From the NCBI GenBank assembly GCA_964430135.1, contig CAYSEG010000008.1, positions 1-43,165 of the forward strand: a stretch of DNA of 43,165 nucleotides, given 5' to 3'. Position 1 is the first letter of the stretch, and every line of letters starts with the position of its first letter. The notes beneath the pieces were generated by a model that saw only the letters and a list, made by a program, of their open reading frames with translations, made no database searches and was not told the origin of the DNA. Position numbers and translations under genes: made by a program. Source of the DNA: an uncultured Candidatus Saccharibacteria bacterium (GTDB lineage: Bacteria; Patescibacteriota; Minisyncoccia; JAHIHE01; DAOWLE01). This document shows, one piece after another, positions 9,225 through 17,924 of this stretch.

Positions 9225-10262
9225 TCAAAATATTCTATTTTTATATTTAACCTCTCGTAAAATTTTATCCGTTTCAATTAAATATTTGTAATAATCTACC
9301 GTTTTCGTTTTGATATCATCTGTTATTTTTCTTTTTTCTAATGCATCTTTTATTTCTTTAATTCCATCCTCAATATCCTTTTGTGGTCTAAAGCCTAATA
9401 CTTTTTGGATTTTAGAAAAATTAACATTATAACTTCTTTTATCTGGATCACTTGGAACATTCTCAATTATTGCGTTTGGAATATTTTTTTTAATTAAATT
9501 AGCCACTTCATAAACTTGATAATTTTGTTGGTTAGATCCAATATTAAATATTTCTCCATTAATCTTTTTTTTGTCAGCTTCCAGAATCAATATAAAAGCT
9601 CTAATTAAATCTTGGAGATGGATAAGCGGTCGCCATTGTTTTCCTCCCCCAGTGATAAATATTTTTTTATTTTTAAAGGCATGAAGAGTCATAATATTTA
9701 TAATTAAATCAAAACGCATTCTTTTGGATATTCCGTAAACAGTCGCATTTCTTTGACAGGTAAGACAGAAGTTACCATCAGCTAAACTTAGTAATTTTTT
9801 TTCTGTTTTAAGCTTTAATTTAGCATACAGCGAAACGGGAGATGTCTTAGATGATTCATCTAATTGTAAATTTTCACCTTGGCCATAGACACTACAAGAG
9901 GAGGAAAAGATATATCTTTCTACTCCCATTTCTTTAGCTATTTTTGCCGTCCTTGTTGATCCTTGAAAATTTATAGAATAAGTTATTTTAGGATTGAGAT
10001 CACAGGACGGATCATTTGAGATAGAAGCCAAATCAATAACCCCATAGACATTTTTTAGGATTTCTTTTGGAAAATATCTAATATCTTCTTTTATAATTTC
10101 TATGTTAGGATTGCCTAAGTATTCGTCAAGGGCCTCTATTCCAAAGAAAAATCGATCAAGAGCTTTTACTTTATAACCTTTTTTTAAAAGCTGGCCTACT
10201 AATTCTGAGCCAATGTATCCTCCAGCGCCGGTAACAAGAATTGTTTTTTTATTTATATTCAT
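9225..10262 (-). CDS. extended-SDR NAD-dependent epimerase/dehydratase (UDP-glucuronate decarboxylase / ArnA C-domain-like)
   Basis: TGAGGYIGSEL Rossmann motif, SSSCSVYG, YAKLK (YxxxK), TGGGKQWRPLIHLQD (cf. ArnA DGGKQKRCFTDIRD), GEIFNIGS. Confidence 0.7.
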   Translation of the reverse strand: MNINKKTILVTGAGGYIGSELVGQLLKKGYKVKALDRFFFGIEALDEYLGNPNIEIIKEDIRYFPKEILKNVYGVIDLASISNDPSCDLNPKITYSINFQGSTRTAKIAKEMGVERYIFSSSCSVYGQGENLQLDESSKTSPVSLYAKLKLKTEKKLLSLADGNFCLTCQRNATVYGISKRMRFDLIINIMTLHAFKNKKIFITGGGKQWRPLIHLQDLIRAFILILEADKKKINGEIFNIGSNQQNYQVYEVANLIKKNIPNAIIENVPSDPDKRSYNVNFSKIQKVLGFRPQKDIEDGIKEIKDALEKRKITDDIKTKTVDYYKYLIETDKILREVKYKNRIF

Positions 10263-10325
10263 ACTTTGTAAATAACGTATAAATTTTAACGAGAATTTTA
10301 ATCATTTTTTATTTTGATAAAAATT

Positions 10326-11054
10326 TCAATTAGGAGTGAACCATTTATGATAAACTAATTTGGCATCGTAGATTCTAAAACCAATTTTTTGGTAAAGTCT
10401 TTGGGCAGATATATTTTCTCCTTCTGTAGTAACTTCTATTTCATCTATATTTTTTGAGTTAAACCATTTTATACTTTCGTTTATTAATAATTTTCCATAT
10501 CCTTTTCCTTGATATTCTGGAAGTACTCCAATTAGATCAATTATTCCAATTTTATTTTTAATTTTACAGCTAATAAATCCGTAAATTTCATTCTTTATTT
10601 TTAAAACAATGATTTTATCAGCGTATCCTTTTAAAGAATTTTTTATCCATTCCCTATATATTTTTCTTGAGATATTTTTCTTTATTTTCTTGTCTTTATA
10701 AAAACGGCTTGTTTTCCCCACATAATTATTTATCTGAATTAGTTTTTTTATATCAGAAATTTTAGCATCTTCTAACTTTATATTTCTGGGAATGGAATTC
10801 AATTTATTATTTCTTTTTTTAAGATTTAAGTTATAGCCAACTTTAATATTTATTAAATCAAATTTATTCTCTTGAGCAATATTAATGGTATTGTAGTTGA
10901 TATTTACAAAACAAAAAAGACAAGAAAGATTTATTTTTTTACATTCGTCTAAAATTTTTCCAATATTTTTTTTATTCAAAGAATTAATATTTAATTTTCC
11001 AATATTCTTTTTAAATATTTTACTGTCCCATTCTAGATATTGAATATAGTTCAT
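10326..11054 (-). CDS. GNAT-family N-acetyltransferase (WecD-like aminosugar N-acetyltransferase candidate)
   Basis: C-terminal GNAT core IGVLPEYQGKGYGKLLI ... AQRLYQKIGF. Placed between the SDR and the GT2 gene. Confidence 0.7.
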   Translation of the reverse strand: MNYIQYLEWDSKIFKKNIGKLNINSLNKKNIGKILDECKKINLSCLFCFVNINYNTINIAQENKFDLINIKVGYNLNLKKRNNKLNSIPRNIKLEDAKISDIKKLIQINNYVGKTSRFYKDKKIKKNISRKIYREWIKNSLKGYADKIIVLKIKNEIYGFISCKIKNKIGIIDLIGVLPEYQGKGYGKLLINESIKWFNSKNIDEIEVTTEGENISAQRLYQKIGFRIYDAKLVYHKWFTPN

Positions 11055-11058
11055 AGAT

Positions 11059-11988
11059 TTATTTTATAAACTCATTAATAGAATAAAGCGGTCTTTTTTT
11101 TGTCTCAATATAATTTCTTCCTATATATTCTCCTAAAATACCAATCATTATTAGTTGAATTCCTCCTAAGAAAAATATTGAAACAATCAAAGAAGACCAT
11201 CCAGAGATAGCGGTGCTATAAATTATTTTTTTGAGTATAAAATAAGTTCCTAATATGAAAGAAATCAATGAGATAGATATTCCTATTAAAGTAGTCATCC
11301 TTAAAGGTAAAATAGAAAAGGAGAAAACAGCATCAAATGTTAATTTTAACATTTTGAATAGAGAGTATTTTGTCTTACCCCTGAATCTTTTATTATGATT
11401 TATTTCTATTCCTGTCTGTTTAAATCCTACATAACCAAATAATCCAATTATATATCGATTAGTTTCTCTGCATTTGTTTAATTCTAAAACTACTTTTCTT
11501 TTCATTATACGAAAAATAGTATTGTTAATTTCTATTTTTTCTTGAATGATTTTTTTTATTAAAAAAACAAAAATCTTTGAGGTTATCCTTTTAAACAATT
11601 TATCTTGTCTATTTTTTTTAATTCCATATACTATATCATATCCTTTGTTTAGTTTATTTAATAATTTAGGAATTTCTTCGGGTTGATCCTGCAAATCTCC
11701 ATCCATTAAGACTACCAATTTTCCAGTGCAATGATCTAATCCAGCAGTGATGGCAATGTGGTGTCCAAAATTACGAGAGAATTGAATGATTTTAACATTA
11801 TTGTCTATTTTATGTAATTCGTTTAATATTTCAAAAGATTTATCAGTGCTGCCGTCATCAACAAATATCATTTCATAAGTCTTCCTCAAATTCAGCAAAA
11901 CTTTAAATAGCCTTCTATAAAGTTCTTTTAAGTTTTCTTCTTCATTATAAATGGGAATTATAATTGAAATTTCAGTTGTTTTGTTCAT
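11059..11988 (-). CDS. GT2 polyprenyl-phosphate sugar transferase (ArnC/GtrB/DPM1-like)
   Basis: SIIIPIYNEEENL, VDDGSTDKS, DGDLQDQP, plus two C-terminal TM helices: the classic ArnC/GtrB architecture. Confidence 0.85.
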   Translation of the reverse strand: MNKTTEISIIIPIYNEEENLKELYRRLFKVLLNLRKTYEMIFVDDGSTDKSFEILNELHKIDNNVKIIQFSRNFGHHIAITAGLDHCTGKLVVLMDGDLQDQPEEIPKLLNKLNKGYDIVYGIKKNRQDKLFKRITSKIFVFLIKKIIQEKIEINNTIFRIMKRKVVLELNKCRETNRYIIGLFGYVGFKQTGIEINHNKRFRGKTKYSLFKMLKLTFDAVFSFSILPLRMTTLIGISISLISFILGTYFILKKIIYSTAISGWSSLIVSIFFLGGIQLIMIGILGEYIGRNYIETKKRPLYSINEFIK

Positions 11989-11999
11989 GAATATAAAAT

Positions 12000-13676
12000 T
12001 TAAAGATGTTTTATCTTCCAGATTTCAGTATCTTCATTTTGATAGGTCTTTTTAAATTTACTATCATTATTTAAGATATTTCTAAGGTTTTGATACTTTG
12101 ATTTACCACCGATAAAAATATACTCGGCTTTGAATTTTTCTTTGATAACTTGAGAAATAGGTTTATCTTTTTGGGGAACTTTGCATTCTGGCAAACTGCA
12201 GATAATTCCTTCTTCGCTGATATGCCGCCAGAGCCAGTATTTCTGAGGGTCGGCTACATACATAAAAGTCGGATCCATTCCTATTATATAATAATTATGA
12301 TGATTATAAAAGAATAATTGCGGAAAATTTCCCCAGTTGGCATTAAAGACAATTGATCCTTGAGGAGTATTTTTATTCAGCCATTCAGCAGCATCTTTGT
12401 ATTGATCATATTTTATTCCCTGATCAATCGCCCATGAAGCATAAGAAATGTTGGCTAATACTAAACCAAGCAGAGTTATCGCGGTGAAAAATTTAATAAT
12501 TTTTTTATTAGTTTGCTTCTTTAGTGTTATTGCGGGCGACTGAAGGGAACGTGGTAATGACAGCCGGGTTAACGAATCTACCCCAAAAGCTCCAAAAAGT
12601 ACAGTAAACGGCACCCAGTATTCAACAAAACGGTTGGCTTTGAGGGTTAGAACGAAAAAGAAAAGAGAAATGATAAAAAGCGAATAGAGAATTACTTTTT
12701 TGTCGTTTCGATCCGCTTGCTCTTTTGTCATTGCGAACGAGCCCGAATAGGGCGAGCGTGGCAATCCCGTATTTTCGCGGGATTGCTTTGTCGTTCCGCT
12801 TCTCGTAATGACAGAGGAGATAATGCCGATCGCAAAACATATCAAAACAAGCAAATTCGCGCGGGCAAAGTTGGCAAGGTCAGCGATTGGAAACCATTCC
12901 ATTCCTACGGGGATAGAGTGGAATATTCCTGCCTTGAAAATTTGTATATAAAGATAATAAAAATTTTTTGGAAAATAAGGATTAATGATTAATCCTCCTA
13001 ATAGTCCAATTCCGGAATAAATTAATAATTTTAGACCTGGCTTCCTGTTAATAAATAAATTTAAGCAGAAGAAAGAAAAAATGAAAAAGAGTAATATTAA
13101 AGAAGCTCCATATGTCCAGGAATACAAGAAAGATAAAACAAAAAGAAGAAAATATTTCTTTTTGATTATAAGATAGAAGCCTAAAAATAAGAATATTATT
13201 GAAATACTTTGGGTTTTAAGTAAATTTAGTCTAAAAATAAAAATTTGAGAGGCGCAGAATAATAAAATTGTCCAGAAAAAAGTAGATTTTATTTTATTTT
13301 GTTTTAATATCCAATAAAAAACTAAAAAGACGAGGCTGTTAAAAATAATTGTGGCTAATTTTGCTCCAAAGATTAAATCTCCATAAGTAAAAGGAACTAA
13401 AAGAATATGGAATAAAAAGTGAAAATCAGAAAAATTGTCTTTCCAGATAGTAAATTGCAGCCAGGGAAAATTATTAATAAACCCCTGTGTTCTTAAAAGA
13501 TAAGCGTTTTTTATGTGATAATAACCATCAGCCCCGGCCAAATTAGGAGTAGAAAATTGTATAAGAGAAAATATGATAAAAAAAAGTATGAAAACAGATA
13601 AATAAGGAATATATTTTTTGATTAGTAAAAAATTCATATTAAGTAAAAAATACTTTGATTTACTTAATTGTATCAT
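12000..13676 (-). CDS. polytopic membrane protein (putative glycosyltransferase) carrying an in-frame repeat-element insertion
   Basis: 558 aa with many TM helices. The loop RSGTTKQSRENTGLPRSPYSGSFAMTKEQADRNDKK is encoded by a GC-rich palindromic element (see repeat 12697-12814). Confidence 0.4.
   Translation of the reverse strand: MIQLSKSKYFLLNMNFLLIKKYIPYLSVFILFFIIFSLIQFSTPNLAGADGYYHIKNAYLLRTQGFINNFPWLQFTIWKDNFSDFHFLFHILLVPFTYGDLIFGAKLATIIFNSLVFLVFYWILKQNKIKSTFFWTILLFCASQIFIFRLNLLKTQSISIIFLFLGFYLIIKKKYFLLFVLSFLYSWTYGASLILLFFIFSFFCLNLFINRKPGLKLLIYSGIGLLGGLIINPYFPKNFYYLYIQIFKAGIFHSIPVGMEWFPIADLANFARANLLVLICFAIGIISSVITRSGTTKQSRENTGLPRSPYSGSFAMTKEQADRNDKKVILYSLFIISLFFFVLTLKANRFVEYWVPFTVLFGAFGVDSLTRLSLPRSLQSPAITLKKQTNKKIIKFFTAITLLGLVLANISYASWAIDQGIKYDQYKDAAEWLNKNTPQGSIVFNANWGNFPQLFFYNHHNYYIIGMDPTFMYVADPQKYWLWRHISEEGIICSLPECKVPQKDKPISQVIKEKFKAEYIFIGGKSKYQNLRNILNNDSKFKKTYQNEDTEIWKIKHL
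12697..12814. repeat. family-A palindromic element (copy A1) inserted in frame inside a CDS
   Basis: TGTCATTGCGAACGAG ... CTCGTAATGACA terminal inverted repeats. Internal hairpins GCCCgaataGGGC and GCAATCCCGtattttcgCGGGATTGC. GC content is far above the flanking sequence. The insertion keeps the reading frame and falls between two TM helices. Confidence 0.65.
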
Positions 13677-13761
13677 AGAAATTTATTTTGAGGAATTTTT
13701 GGATAAAAAAAAGAGGCAGGTGATTTGTTGTCTTATGACAATAAATTCCTTACCTATTTTA

Positions 13762-14640
13762 TTAATTTGTGTATACTCTGACATTATCAAAGTGTACTTT
13801 TGGCCTGCCCCACACGGATTTTAGTCCGACTGTGGAGTAACTTCTTCCATTTAAGGGATTGGGATCATAGAAGTGTGCGACTCTTTTGCCGTCAACGAAG
13901 AGAGAAATATCTCCGCCTATTCTTTGCGCTTTGATGTGATAGATTTTTCCCGGTCTTACTAATTCGTTTTTGTTCTCATCCATAAAGTAGTTATTTCTGA
14001 GAATTGATGTCTTGGTGTTACTGTTTCCTCCGAAAGCGAATGTGTAGCCGATGTCAGGGTTATAATCTGTTCCTATAGTACATTCTATGCCTGCGCTAGG
14101 ATTATTTTTGTCGGTATAAGCGTCAAATTCCAGGATTACATCTCCTGGGAATTTTTTTTCTAAAATAACCCACATTCCTGCGCATTGGTTTTTCTCACCG
14201 CTTAGTTCTCCGTTTTTCATTGCCCAGTTTCCGGATTTAACTATCCAATTGCGATTTTCTTCTTGATTAAATTTATCTTCAAAGACGAGAACGAAGTTTC
14301 TGGAGTTTTTAGAAATAACTTTTTCAGCCGGCCCGTCATAATTACTGACAACAGAGGCAATTACTACTATTACAACAATTACTGTTATCACTCCAATAAC
14401 TGTCCCCCAAGGGGTTTTCTTTAGTGCTTGTGTTGTTGGTGCTCCTATAATTTCTGGTTTTTCTCGACTTATTATGAAATCTGCGACTACTATGATTATT
14501 CCCAGAAAAAAAGATATTCCTGCTATTGTTCCGATTGGCAAATTAGTAAAAATTACTAAGATGCCAGTAATGAACATTGGAATGACCAACAGCTCTATTC
14601 CTATCTTTCTCGTATCTATCTTTTCTATGTCCATATCCAT
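13762..14640 (-). CDS. membrane-anchored protein with a C-terminal concanavalin/LamG-like jelly-roll domain (DUF1080-like?)
   Basis: An N-terminal domain of 3 TM helices followed by a beta-rich domain (WAMKNGELSGEK ... ILEFDAYTDKNNPSAGIE). Family assignment is tentative. Confidence 0.3.
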   Translation of the reverse strand: MDMDIEKIDTRKIGIELLVIPMFITGILVIFTNLPIGTIAGISFFLGIIIVVADFIISREKPEIIGAPTTQALKKTPWGTVIGVITVIVVIVVIASVVSNYDGPAEKVISKNSRNFVLVFEDKFNQEENRNWIVKSGNWAMKNGELSGEKNQCAGMWVILEKKFPGDVILEFDAYTDKNNPSAGIECTIGTDYNPDIGYTFAFGGNSNTKTSILRNNYFMDENKNELVRPGKIYHIKAQRIGGDISLFVDGKRVAHFYDPNPLNGRSYSTVGLKSVWGRPKVHFDNVRVYTN

Positions 14641-14642
14641 TT

Positions 14643-15758
14643 TTACTCATCTCCTTTTTTCTTTAGCATACCTGAAATTCCGGCAGCGATTGCTCCAATG
14701 TCAGCAATTCCTTTTTCAAGTCCTGCACCAGTAGCAATAAGTGTTCCTTTTCCTGCTGCTTCAAGTAGATCTTTTTGTCTAATGTAAGTCATTACTTGTA
14801 ATGGCGTTAAAGTTTCCCCGGTCTCTTCTTTTACTAATCTGATAATTTCTGTAATTTCCCTTGATTTTTCCAGTCCTTCGCCTATTCCTCTTTTTTCTGC
14901 TGCTTTTAGATTAAATGCTTCTTCCTCAACTTTCTTTCCTGCTAAATGAATCGCTCTTCTTTGTTTCTCTGTATCTTCGTGTAGTCTGATATCTGTTATC
15001 AGGACTGCTTTAAAATCAATTCCATATTCTTTAAGTGCCTCATCGGCTTGTTTTTCTATTCTTTTAGAGATACTTAGTTCTATGTATTCTTTTTTTGCTT
15101 TTTTTCTTTCTTCTTCGGTTAATTCTATTCTTGATTTTATTGCTTCGTCTAATTTAATGCGTCCACAGAATCCTCGAGTTAGTGAGTCCACCATTTCTTG
15201 CACTAAATATTTCCAGCCGCCTTCAGTAGTTACTTTGTATGTCGCTGCTACTACATCAAATACTTCCACTGTTGATCTTATTGTTACTATTGCTGAATCA
15301 TCTTCAAAGTCCAGCTTGCTTCTTTTTTTCTTTTCGCCATTCTCCTGTATATGTTCGATTTCATCCATGTAAAGATCGATAATTATCGTACTTTTGTAAG
15401 GGATTTTACTTTTTACTGTCATTATTCCCGGGATTATAACATAAGGCAGAAATCGCGGCTTCCATACGTCAAAATATTGACCGAAGAGTTCTATTATCCA
15501 ATGATATGGTTTATGGACGACTCTAAGCAAAAGCAATAATCCGGCAATACTAATAATACTTATTCCTTGTAGTGTTCGGTTTCCGAATATCGATCCGACG
15601 ATTAAAAGTATTAATGTAGTAGCAATAGTTCCTCTGATTGCATACCGGATGATTTCTTCAATTCGTTTTCTTTGTTCTTCTCTCTTTTCTTCTTCTTCTT
15701 CTTCTTCTTCTGTTTCTTCTATTTCCAATTCCTCTTCTTCTCTTCTTTCTTCGCTCAT
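14643..15758 (-). CDS. SPFH/band-7 (stomatin/prohibitin-like) membrane protein with an acidic poly-Glu N-terminal tail
   Basis: One TM helix, then IKLDEAIKSRIELTEEERKK ... ALKEYGIDFKAVLITDIRL ... AEKRG, which follows the stomatin core pattern. AGGAGGTGA SD. The N-terminus is EEEEEEEE encoded by (GAA)n. Confidence 0.65.
   Translation of the reverse strand: MSEERREEEELEIEETEEEEEEEEKREEQRKRIEEIIRYAIRGTIATTLILLIVGSIFGNRTLQGISIISIAGLLLLLRVVHKPYHWIIELFGQYFDVWKPRFLPYVIIPGIMTVKSKIPYKSTIIIDLYMDEIEHIQENGEKKKRSKLDFEDDSAIVTIRSTVEVFDVVAATYKVTTEGGWKYLVQEMVDSLTRGFCGRIKLDEAIKSRIELTEEERKKAKKEYIELSISKRIEKQADEALKEYGIDFKAVLITDIRLHEDTEKQRRAIHLAGKKVEEEAFNLKAAEKRGIGEGLEKSREITEIIRLVKEETGETLTPLQVMTYIRQKDLLEAAGKGTLIATGAGLEKGIADIGAIAAGISGMLKKKGDE
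15691..15712. repeat. (CTT)7/(GAA)7 trinucleotide microsatellite inside the SPFH gene
   Basis: cttcttcttcttcttcttcttc on the plus strand. It encodes the in-frame poly-Glu run and could vary in length by slipped-strand mispairing. Confidence 0.7.
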
Positions 15759-16194
15759 TTTCTATATCTTTCACCTCCTAAATTCTTTTTTTCTACCAAA
15801 TCCAAATCCAAATTTTGAACGAACATTTTTTTACATCACTCTCCTATTTTTATTTGTCTTGACATTTTTTTTACAGCCCAAAGGCTGAATTTCAATGTCA
15901 AAATTTTTCCCGGCAAGATTACTGCCGGTAGTCTCATAGGGCGTAGCCAAAGCCACACTCTATTTTGACCTTTTATTATATCAATTTTAGAAACTTTGTC
16001 AAGACCAAGGGGTCAATATTGGTTGAAATAAAGGATTTTTTGGCTTTGTTGTTTCTTTATTTTTAGTCTATAATAGAAGCAAGATTATTTTTAAAAATTC
16101 CCCTAACCTTTTTACAAGGGGCGAGGAGGAGAATTTCATTTTTTAAAGGAGGGAACGGATTGGAGGTATTTTGCGGAAAGGGGAATGAATCTGT

Positions 16195-16223
16195 TTGATA
16201 TAAAATTAGTTTTGCCTTATAAT
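16195..16223 (+). promoter_or_regulatory. sigma-70-like promoter for tRNA-Leu
   Basis: TTGATA-N17-TATAAT, ending 9 nt before the mature tRNA 5' end. Confidence 0.5.
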
Positions 16224-16231
16224 AAAAATAA

Positions 16232-16317
16232 GCCGAGATGGTGGAATTGGTATACACGTAGGATTTAGGATCCTATGGTCCTTATGGACCTTGTGGGTTC
16301 AAATCCCACTCTCGGCA
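16232..16317 (+). tRNA. tRNA-Leu (anticodon UAG)
   Basis: 7-bp acceptor GCCGAGA/TCTCGGC. Anticodon stem-loop TAGGA-TTTAGGA-TCCTA. Long variable arm GGTCCttatGGACC. T-arm GTGGG-TTCAAAT-CCCAC. CCA is not encoded. Confidence 0.85.
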
Positions 16318-16451
16318 CAAGTGTCCAGCACATAATGGACTAAGTGAAAAATTAAAAATTCAAAATGAAAAATGACAAACTAAAAATTAAAAATAAAGAG
16401 GAAAAGAATAAACCAAAACAGCAAAAATTAACTGTTGAAATTCTTGATAAG

Positions 16452-16703
16452 ATGACGAATCTGGCGACGACCGGTCTGGGATTGGTAGCTGCTTTGGCTT
16501 GGAATGATGCGATTAAAGCTTTGTTTCGAAAAATATTTGGCGAGCAGGAAACTCTTTGGGCGATGTTTGGTTATGCGGCTTTAGTAACTATCCTTGTTGT
16601 TATCCTTACTATTCAGTTAAGCCGTCTTTTGAAAATAGCAAAGGAGAGGGAAGAAGAGCTGATTAGTGTATTGGATAGGAAAGTAAGAAAGAAAGAAAGA
16701 TAG
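16452..16703 (+). CDS. small DUF5654-like membrane protein
   Basis: MTNLATTGLGLVAALAWNDAIKALF matches the AALAWNDAI signature. The ORF-track start at 16365 adds MKNDKLKIKNKEEK..., which reads through an A-rich heptamer repeat and is probably not translated. Confidence 0.45.
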   Translation: MTNLATTGLGLVAALAWNDAIKALFRKIFGEQETLWAMFGYAALVTILVVILTIQLSRLLKIAKEREEELISVLDRKVRKKER

Positions 16704-16732
16704 ATAGTTTAATTTTATTCTTTTAAATCCCA

Positions 16733-16873
16733 ATGACCAAATCCCAAATCTCAAGCCCCAAATCCCAATTATTTTTTATTTTCGGCGTTAGCGATCCCTT
16801 GCGGGACTTATTTGGAATTTATGATTTAGAATTTGGTTGGTCATTGGTCATTGGGGTTTGGGATTTTAAACCT
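16733..16873. repeat. family-E palindromic element, copy E1 (left arm flanking the recombinase gene)
   Basis: AAATCCCAATGACCAAATCCC ... cggcgttagcgatcccttgcgggacttatttgg ... TTGGTCATTGGTCATTGGGGTTTGGGATTT. The ends are mutually inverted. The CCAAATCCCAA sub-repeat is duplicated relative to E2. Confidence 0.75.
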
Positions 16874-16927
16874 TCAGTTAGAAATTTGTCAATTTTTAAT
16901 ATAAAAGTTCAATAGTTCAATTACCTC

Positions 16928-17866
16928 TTATTTCCTTTTCCTCTGTTTTCCATGAAATGCCTGATGGATTTTCTTGAGGTGTTTATCGGTAATATGTGTA
17001 TAGATTTGAGTTGTAGTAATACTAGAATGTCCCATAAGAAGTTGAACCGAGCGAATATCTGCTCCGCCCAAAAGGAGGTCTGTTCCAAAAGCATGCCTTA
17101 ATGAGTGAGGGGTTATTTTTTTGGTAATTCCAGCGCTGGCAGCATATTTTTTAACAATTCTCTGAATACTTCTTGGCGTTAGTCTTAAAGAGGCAGTCTT
17201 ACTGGTTTTTACCGTTTTGATAAATAAAGCAGGATCAGTATCTGTTCGTTTTTCTAAGTATTTTTTGAGAGCTTCTTGAGACTCTTTTGATAAAAAAACA
17301 ATTCGCATTTTGTCTCCTTTGCCTCGAATACTGAATTCTCCTTTTTTTAAATTAATTGTTTCCCGATTTAAAGCTGTTAATTCCGAAACTCTAAGCCCGG
17401 TTGAAAAAAGCAATTCCAGAATAGCTTTATCTCTGAGTATCTGAAGATTTTCTTTATGACGCGGCTTTAATTTTTCTTTAAGAGGAGCCTCAAGAAGTTT
17501 TTCTAATTCTCTTTCTTCTAAAAATTCAATTTCGTGTTCAGGGGTTTTTCCTAATTCTACTTTTTCAGCGGCCAGGCTTTTGATGTCTATTTTTGATAAA
17601 TATTTTAAAAAACCCCTTAGAGCAATAATATGGTAATTTTGGGTAATTCTTTTTAATTTTCTGTTTTTTTCATCATGCCAGCGGTTTAAATATAGTCTGT
17701 AGTCTCTGACTTTCTTTTCTGTAATTTGCGAAGGTTTGTTTATTTTAGCCCACAAGACAAATCGTCTTAAATAATGATCATAGTTTTCAATAGTTTTTTG
17801 ACTTCGGTTTTTCTCAATTTCAAGATACTGGAGGTAGTCGGTGATAAGGGAGTTGATGGGGTTCAT
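16928..17866 (-). CDS. XerC/XerD-family tyrosine site-specific recombinase
   Basis: N-terminal core-binding region (LEIEKNRSQKTIENYDHYLRRF). C-terminal catalytic region with R (GLRVSEL), HSLRHAFGT and LLMGHSSITTTQIYTH (the Tyr nucleophile). Confidence 0.85.
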   Translation of the reverse strand: MNPINSLITDYLQYLEIEKNRSQKTIENYDHYLRRFVLWAKINKPSQITEKKVRDYRLYLNRWHDEKNRKLKRITQNYHIIALRGFLKYLSKIDIKSLAAEKVELGKTPEHEIEFLEERELEKLLEAPLKEKLKPRHKENLQILRDKAILELLFSTGLRVSELTALNRETINLKKGEFSIRGKGDKMRIVFLSKESQEALKKYLEKRTDTDPALFIKTVKTSKTASLRLTPRSIQRIVKKYAASAGITKKITPHSLRHAFGTDLLLGGADIRSVQLLMGHSSITTTQIYTHITDKHLKKIHQAFHGKQRKRK

Positions 17867-17924
17867 ATGGTTTTAATTGATTATATTATGAGTTAACTTT
17901 AGCAAATCTCCTACTTAAAGTTAA

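Noticed and set aside
12622-12992. ORFs 12622..12840(-) and 12717..12992(+)
   Set aside because: They arise from the GC-rich palindromic element, which reads open in several frames. The host gene 12000..13676 is the real feature.
15082-15888. Plus-strand ORFs 15082..15372, 15351..15539 and 15649..15888 (poly-Ser)
   Set aside because: They are antisense to the SPFH gene. The poly-Ser ORF is just the complement of the (GAA)n poly-Glu tract.
15780-16190. Possible ncRNA (SRP RNA, 6S or RNase P RNA) in the purine-rich 400-bp spacer before tRNA-Leu
   Set aside because: None of the conserved motifs of SRP RNA or RNase P RNA could be recognised by eye, and I cannot search covariance models. It is left as an unexplained intergenic region containing a CCGGCAagattacTGCCGG hairpin.
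16733-16915. 60-aa ORF 16733..16915
   Set aside because: It lies entirely within the family-E inverted-repeat element, has no SD, and its sequence is repeat-derived.
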